Source of the DNA: Escherichia coli
GTDB taxonomy: Bacteria; Pseudomonadota; Gammaproteobacteria; Enterobacterales; Enterobacteriaceae
Assembly (NCBI RefSeq): GCF_003334255.1
Contig: NZ_QOWU01000126.1
Strand: one strand, 5' to 3'
DNA length: 3,221 nucleotides
The notes beneath the pieces are model-generated. The model was not told the origin of the DNA, searched no databases, and worked only from the letters and a program-made list of their open reading frames with translations. Position 1 is the stretch's first letter, and each line of letters begins with the position of its first letter. Positions 1 to 3,221 of this stretch are shown here, one piece after another. Position numbers and translations under genes: made by a program.

Positions 1-77
1 AGTTATCGTGAGAGTAATTCATCGGCACGTTAAATCATATCAGGCGTAATACCACAACCCTTAAGTTAGCGCTTATG
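1..77. mobile_element. Terminal 77 bp of an IS186-like insertion sequence (IS4 family), element truncated by the window start; terminus at position 77
   Basis: Reverse complement of 1..77 reads CATAAGCGCTAACTTAAGGGTTGTGGTATTACGCC..., which matches my recollection of the IS186 terminal inverted repeat and adjacent sequence. The flank immediately outside (78..90, GGATCACTCCCCG) is GC-rich, the kind of target IS186 prefers. Identification is from memory, not a search. Confidence 0.7.
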
Positions 78-99
78 GGATCACTCCCCGCCGTTGCTC

Positions 100-252
100 T
101 TACTCGGATTCGTAAGCCGTGAAAACAGCAACCTCCGTCTGGCCAGTTCGGATGTGAACCTCACAGAGGTCTTTTCTCGTTACCAGCGCCGCCACTACGG
201 CGGTGATACAGATGACGATCAGGGCGACAATCATCGCCTTATGCTGCTTCAT
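100..252 (-). CDS. hokC: HokC (Gef) type I toxin, 50 aa small membrane peptide of the Hok/Gef family
   Basis: The last 50 codons of the 100..342 minus-strand ORF translate to MKQHKAMIVALIVICITAVVAALVTRKDLCEVHIRTGQTEVAVFTAYESE, which I recognise as HokC/Gef: one hydrophobic transmembrane segment and a short polar tail. ATG is at 252..250 and stop TAA at 102..100 on the - strand. An AGGAGA Shine-Dalgarno lies 8-13 nt upstream (revcomp of about 258..268). Confidence 0.9.
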   Translation of the reverse strand: MKQHKAMIVALIVICITAVVAALVTRKDLCEVHIRTGQTEVAVFTAYESE

Positions 253-309
253 TGCTCTCTTCTCCTTGACCTTACGGTCAGTAAGAGGCACTCTACATGT
301 GTTCAGCAT
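100..309 (-). CDS. mokC: MokC, 69 aa overlapping reading frame (modulator of killing) whose translation is coupled to hokC
   Basis: In-frame ATG at 309..307 extends the hokC frame N-terminally (MLNTCRVPLTDRKVKEKRA + HokC), with GAGG about 9 nt upstream. The ORF track's 80 aa version starts at a further upstream GTG (342), which I do not favour. The nested mok/hok arrangement is the established architecture of hok/sok loci. Confidence 0.8.
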   Translation of the reverse strand: MLNTCRVPLTDRKVKEKRAMKQHKAMIVALIVICITAVVAALVTRKDLCEVHIRTGQTEVAVFTAYESE

Positions 310-355
310 ATAGGAGGCCTCGGGTTGATGGTAAAATATCACTCGGGGCTTTTCT
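301..355 (+). ncRNA. sokC: SokC antisense RNA (antitoxin of the hok/sok type I system); ends approximate
   Basis: Lies antisense to the mokC translation initiation region (mokC ATG at 307..309, SD at about 319..322). A hairpin with stem 317..324 paired to 342..349 (8 bp including two G-U pairs in RNA) is followed by TTTTCT at 350..355, an intrinsic-terminator-like 3' end. The 5' end near 301 is from recall of the locus, not derived from the sequence. A TTGACC -35-like hexamer is at 266..271 but I could not find a convincing -10. Confidence 0.55.
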
Positions 356-408
356 CTATCTGCCGTTCAGCTAATGCCTGAGACAGACAGCCTCAAGCAC
401 CCGCCGCT

Positions 409-414
409 ATTATA
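409..414 (-). promoter_or_regulatory. Candidate -10 hexamer (TATAAT on - strand) for the mokC/hokC mRNA
   Basis: Revcomp of 409..414 is a perfect TATAAT, about 95 nt upstream of the mokC ATG and about 150 nt upstream of the hokC ATG, consistent with the long structured leader typical of hok mRNAs. No good -35 match at 16-18 bp spacing. Positional inference only. Confidence 0.3.
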
Positions 415-534
415 TCGCTCTCTTTAACCCATTTTGTTTTATCGATTCTAATCCTGAAGACGCCTCGCATTTTTGTGGCGTAATTTTTTAATGATTTAAT
501 TATTTAACTTTAATTTATCTCTTCATCGCAATTA

Positions 535-563
535 TTGACGACAAGCTGGATTATTTTTGAAAT
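535..563 (+). promoter_or_regulatory. Candidate sigma70-type promoter (TTGACG -35 at 535..540, 17 bp spacer, TGAAAT -10 at 558..563) in the AT-rich nhaA upstream region
   Basis: Hexamer match and spacing read directly from the sequence. nhaA is known to have two promoters (P1 NhaR/Na+-dependent, P2 stationary-phase), but I cannot assign which this is, if either. Confidence 0.25.
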
Positions 564-760
564 ATTGGCCTAACAAGCATCGCCGACTGACAACAAATTA
601 ATTATTACTTTTCCTAATTAATCCCTCAGGAATCCTCACCTTAAGCTATGATTATCTAGGCTTAGGGTCACTCGTGAGCGCTTACAGCCGTCAAAAACGC
701 ATCTCACCGCTGATGGCGCAAATTCTTCAATAGCTCGTAAAAAACGAATTATTCCTACAC

Positions 761-766
761 TATAAT
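761..766 (+). promoter_or_regulatory. Candidate -10 hexamer (perfect TATAAT) about 72 bp upstream of the nhaA start
   Basis: TATAAT at 761..766; the sequence 17 bp upstream (TAAAAA at 738..743) is a poor -35. Could be one of the two known nhaA promoters; not resolved from sequence. Confidence 0.3.
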
Positions 767-771
767 CTGAT

Positions 772-799
772 TTTAACGATGATTCGTGCGGGGTAAAAT
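772..799 (+). promoter_or_regulatory. Second candidate nhaA-proximal promoter (TTTAAC -35-like at 772..777, 16 bp spacer, TAAAAT -10 at 794..799)
   Basis: Hexamers read from the sequence; the predicted start would be about 30 nt upstream of the GTG. Weak -35. Listed as an alternative to the 761..766 element. Confidence 0.25.
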
Positions 800-823
800 A
801 GTAAAAACGATCTATTCACCTGA

Positions 824-829
824 AAGAGA
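824..829 (+). promoter_or_regulatory. Ribosome-binding site of nhaA (AAGAGA)
   Basis: Purine-rich AAGAGA sits 8 nt upstream of the GTG at 838. Confidence 0.5.
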
Positions 830-837
830 AATAAAAA

Positions 838-2004
838 GTGAAACATCTGCATCGATTCTTTAGCAGTGATGCCTCGGGAGGCATTATTCTTATCATTGCC
901 GCTATCCTGGCGATGATTATGGCCAACAGCGGCGCAACCAGTGGATGGTATCACGACTTTCTGGAGACGCCGGTTCAGCTCCGGGTTGGTTCACTCGAAA
1001 TCAACAAAAACATGCTGTTATGGATAAATGACGCGCTGATGGCGGTATTTTTCCTGTTAGTCGGTCTGGAAGTTAAACGTGAACTGATGCAAGGATCGCT
1101 AGCCAGCTTACGCCAGGCCGCATTTCCAGTTATCGCCGCTATTGGTGGGATGATTGTGCCGGCATTACTCTATCTGGCTTTTAACTATGCCGATCCGATT
1201 ACCCGCGAAGGGTGGGCGATCCCGGCGGCTACTGACATTGCTTTTGCACTTGGTGTACTGGCGCTGTTGGGAAGTCGTGTTCCGTTAGCGCTGAAGATCT
1301 TTTTGATGGCTCTGGCTATTATCGACGATCTTGGGGCCATCATTATCATCGCATTGTTCTACACTAATGACTTATCGATGGCCTCTCTTGGCGTCGCGGC
1401 TGTAGCAATTGCGGTACTCGCGGTATTGAATCTGTGTGGTGCACGCCGCACGGGCGTCTATATTCTTGTTGGCGTGGTGTTGTGGACTGCGGTGTTGAAA
1501 TCGGGGGTTCACGCAACTCTGGCGGGGGTAATTGTCGGCTTCTTTATTCCTTTGAAAGAGAAGCATGGGCGTTCTCCAGCGAAGCGACTGGAGCATGTGT
1601 TGCACCCGTGGGTGGCGTATCTGATTTTGCCGCTGTTTGCATTTGCTAATGCTGGCGTTTCACTGCAAGGCGTCACGCTGGATGGCTTGACCTCCATTCT
1701 GCCATTGGGGATCATCGCTGGCTTGCTGATTGGCAAACCGCTGGGGATTAGTCTGTTCTGCTGGTTGGCGCTGCGTTTGAAACTGGCGCATCTGCCTGAG
1801 GGAACGACTTATCAGCAAATTATGGTGGTGGGGATCCTGTGCGGTATCGGTTTTACTATGTCTATCTTTATTGCCAGCCTGGCCTTTGGTAGCGTAGATC
1901 CAGAACTGATTAACTGGGCGAAACTCGGTATCCTGGTCGGTTCTATCTCTTCGGCGGTAATTGGATACAGCTGGTTACGCGTTCGTTTGCGTCCATCAGT
2001 TTGA
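838..2004 (+). CDS. nhaA: Na+/H+ antiporter NhaA (388 aa, 12-TM secondary transporter), GTG start
   Basis: ORF 838..2004 translates to [41 protein letters not shown]..., which I recognise as E. coli NhaA essentially residue for residue. The protein is highly hydrophobic, and the conserved Asp163-Asp164 pair (IIDDLG, codons GAC GAT at 1324..1329) of the ion-binding site is intact. Stop TGA at 2002..2004. Confidence 0.97.
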   Translation: MKHLHRFFSSDASGGIILIIAAILAMIMANSGATSGWYHDFLETPVQLRVGSLEINKNMLLWINDALMAVFFLLVGLEVKRELMQGSLASLRQAAFPVIAAIGGMIVPALLYLAFNYADPITREGWAIPAATDIAFALGVLALLGSRVPLALKIFLMALAIIDDLGAIIIIALFYTNDLSMASLGVAAVAIAVLAVLNLCGARRTGVYILVGVVLWTAVLKSGVHATLAGVIVGFFIPLKEKHGRSPAKRLEHVLHPWVAYLILPLFAFANAGVSLQGVTLDGLTSILPLGIIAGLLIGKPLGISLFCWLALRLKLAHLPEGTTYQQIMVVGILCGIGFTMSIFIASLAFGSVDPELINWAKLGILVGSISSAVIGYSWLRVRLRPSV

Positions 2005-2018
2005 CAGGACGGTTTACC

Positions 2019-2046
2019 GGGGAGCCATAAACGGCTCCCTTTTCAT
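2019..2046 (+). terminator. Intrinsic-terminator-like hairpin between nhaA and nhaR (probably partial, allowing read-through)
   Basis: GGGAGCC at 2020..2026 pairs perfectly with GGCTCCC at 2033..2039 (7 bp GC-rich stem, 6 nt loop ATAAAC), followed by TTTTCATTGTT from 2040. It starts 15 nt after the nhaA stop and ends before the nhaR SD. The short, interrupted T-tract suggests incomplete termination. Confidence 0.45.
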
Positions 2047-2052
2047 TGTTAT

Positions 2053-2060
2053 CAGGGAGA
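2053..2060 (+). promoter_or_regulatory. Ribosome-binding site of nhaR (AGGGAGA)
   Basis: Strong SD-like AGGGAGAGA ends 3-5 nt before the ATG at 2064. This supports ATG 2064 as the start rather than the TTG at 2046 used by the ORF track. Confidence 0.55.
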
Positions 2061-2063
2061 GAA

Positions 2064-2969
2064 ATGAGCATGTCTCATATCAATTACAACCACTTGTATT
2101 ACTTCTGGCATGTCTATAAAGAAGGTTCCGTGGTTGGCGCAGCGGAGGCGCTTTATTTAACTCCACAAACCATTACCGGACAGATTCGAGCGCTGGAAGA
2201 GCGCCTGCAAGGCAAATTATTTAAACGCAAGGGACGTGGTCTCGAACCCAGCGAGCTGGGAGAACTGGTCTATCGCTATGCCGATAAAATGTTCACCTTA
2301 AGCCAGGAAATGCTGGATATTGTGAACTATCGCAAAGAATCCAATTTATTGTTTGACGTTGGCGTGGCTGATGCACTTTCCAAACGCCTGGTCAGTAGCG
2401 TACTTAACGCCGCAGTGGTAGAAGGCGAGCCCATTCATCTTCGCTGCTTCGAATCCACCCACGAAATGCTGCTGGAGCAATTAAGTCAGCATAAACTGGA
2501 TATGATCATTTCTGACTGTCCGATAGACTCTACGCAGCAGGAAGGCCTGTTCTCCGTGAGAATTGGCGAATGTGGCGTGAGTTTCTGGTGTACAAATCCA
2601 CCACCAGAAAAACCGTTCCCGGCTTGTCTGGAAGAACGGCGACTTTTGATTCCTGGGCGACGTTCAATGTTAGGGCGCAAATTGCTTAACTGGTTTAACT
2701 CCCAGGGATTAAACGTAGAAATCCTCGGCGAGTTTGATGATGCCGCTTTGATGAAAGCTTTTGGTGCGATGCACAATGCAATCTTCGTTGCCCCAACGCT
2801 TTATGCATATGACTTTTATGCCGATAAAACTGTCGTAGAAATTGGTCGCGTCGAGAATGTGATGGAAGAGTACCATGCTATTTTTGCTGAGCGGATGATT
2901 CAGCACCCGGCGGTACAGCGAATCTGCAATACGGATTATTCTGCGCTTTTTAGTCCAGCGGTGCGTTAA
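2064..2969 (+). CDS. nhaR: LysR-type transcriptional activator NhaR (301 aa), Na+-responsive regulator of nhaA
   Basis: From ATG 2064 the frame translates to [53 protein letters not shown]..., which I recognise as E. coli NhaR. It has an N-terminal helix-turn-helix typical of LysR-type regulators and a C-terminal co-inducer domain. Stop TAA at 2967..2969. The ORF track's TTG start at 2046 adds 6 residues and overlaps the upstream hairpin, so I reject it. Confidence 0.96.
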   Translation: MSMSHINYNHLYYFWHVYKEGSVVGAAEALYLTPQTITGQIRALEERLQGKLFKRKGRGLEPSELGELVYRYADKMFTLSQEMLDIVNYRKESNLLFDVGVADALSKRLVSSVLNAAVVEGEPIHLRCFESTHEMLLEQLSQHKLDMIISDCPIDSTQQEGLFSVRIGECGVSFWCTNPPPEKPFPACLEERRLLIPGRRSMLGRKLLNWFNSQGLNVEILGEFDDAALMKAFGAMHNAIFVAPTLYAYDFYADKTVVEIGRVENVMEEYHAIFAERMIQHPAVQRICNTDYSALFSPAVR

Positions 2970-2976
2970 TCGGCAG

Positions 2977-3001
2977 CTCCCCCAAAGTTAAGGTGGGGGA
3001 G
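2977..3001. other. GC-rich hairpin immediately downstream of the nhaR stop (no U-tract)
   Basis: CTCCCCCA at 2977..2984 pairs with TGGGGGAG at 2994..3001 (8 bp stem, 9 nt loop). No T-run follows on either strand, so it is not a canonical intrinsic terminator; it could be an RNA stability element or a rho-dependent termination region. Confidence 0.3.
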
Positions 3002-3144
3002 ATAGATTAGTTGTACATTACCACGATTTTGACTCGGCTCATTATTTGCCCGCTTGAGACATTGTTTCCATATGTACGCGGGCGAATAAATAGAGGAATC
3101 TGATTACTTCCTTCATGGGGATGCTGAAAAGAGTAGTAATTGCT

Positions 3145-3221
3145 GGTAATGACTCCAACTTATTGATAGTGTTTTATGTTCAGATAATGCCCGATGACTT
3201 TGTCATGCAGCTCCACCGATT
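3145..3221. mobile_element. IS1 terminus (terminal inverted repeat GGTAATGACTCCAACTTATTGAT and adjacent sequence), element truncated by the window end
   Basis: 3145..3167 matches my recollection of the IS1 terminal inverted repeat. The following sequence encodes the InsB C-terminus on the - strand (see next feature). The putative 9 bp target flank just outside the element is 3136..3144 (GTAATTGCT). Confidence 0.85.
3160..3221 (-). CDS. insB: IS1 transposase InsB, C-terminal fragment (partial, continues beyond the window)
   Basis: Minus-strand translation of 3219..3163 gives ...SVELHDKVIGHYLNIKHYQ followed by stop TAA (revcomp of 3160..3162), which matches the InsB C-terminus as I recall it. 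The ORF track did not list it because it is truncated at the window edge. Confidence 0.85.
   Translation of the reverse strand, partial: SVELHDKVIGHYLNIKHYQ

Noticed and set aside
266-300. sokC promoter assignment (TTGACC at 266..271 as -35)
   Set aside because: At 16-18 bp spacing the -10 candidates (CACTCT, ACTCTA) are poor, so I could not support a specific promoter call from sequence. The sokC 5' end is therefore given from recall only.
310-342. N-terminal extension of the minus-strand ORF to 80 aa (GTG start at 342)
   Set aside because: The ATG at 309 gives the 69 aa Mok product expected for this family and has a GAGG SD. The upstream GTG would fall within the sokC terminator hairpin region and has no SD.
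94-381. 95 aa ORF on the + strand (MLLLGFVSRENSNLRLASS...)
   Set aside because: It is entirely antisense to hokC/mokC and overlaps sokC. It has a non-ATG start, no recognisable SD, and a low-complexity, unfamiliar sequence. It is most simply the shadow frame of the hok locus.
760-954. 64 aa ORF on the - strand overlapping the nhaA start
   Set aside because: Antisense to the nhaA 5' end and promoter region, with no SD and no recognisable protein features; the nhaA assignment is very strong.
1372-1736. Three small ORFs inside nhaA (1372..1605 -, 1434..1649 +, 1509..1736 -)
   Set aside because: All lie fully inside the confidently identified nhaA coding sequence in other frames or on the opposite strand; they are typical shadow ORFs of a GC-biased membrane-protein gene.
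2046-2063. TTG start for nhaR giving a 307 aa product
   Set aside because: The SD AGGGAGA is positioned for ATG 2064, the TTG lies inside the upstream hairpin's T-tract, and the 301 aa product beginning MSMSHINYN matches NhaR as I know it.
2486-2906. Two minus-strand ORFs inside nhaR (2486..2776, 2709..2906)
   Set aside because: Antisense to nhaR, with no start context and no recognisable domains; shadow ORFs.
3045-3086. 9 bp stem with 24 nt loop, considered as a terminator or REP-like element
   Set aside because: No flanking U-tract on either strand, the loop is too large for a typical intrinsic terminator, and it does not resemble REP/BIME consensus. Kept only as a note within a finding.

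Overview
This window is a well-characterised enterobacterial chromosomal locus, not a novel system. By recall it matches the Escherichia coli K-12 map near 0.4 min: IS186 end, hokC/mokC/sokC, nhaA, nhaR, IS1 end. The two large + strand ORFs are the Na+/H+ antiporter NhaA (838..2004, GTG start, 388 aa) and its LysR-type activator NhaR (true start ATG 2064, ending 2969, 301 aa). Upstream on the - strand is the hokC (gef) type I toxin gene (100..252) nested in the mokC frame (100..309), with the antisense sokC RNA on the + strand (about 301..355). The first 77 bp match my recollection of an IS186 terminus, and the last 77 bp are an IS1 terminus carrying the C-terminal end of insB. The accessory content worth a second look is the hok/sok module with IS186 abutting it 22 bp past the toxin stop, and the two different IS ends bracketing the segment. 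All identifications are from reading the sequence and the ORF track plus recall of these families; no search was run. Promoter calls are weak and listed as candidates only.
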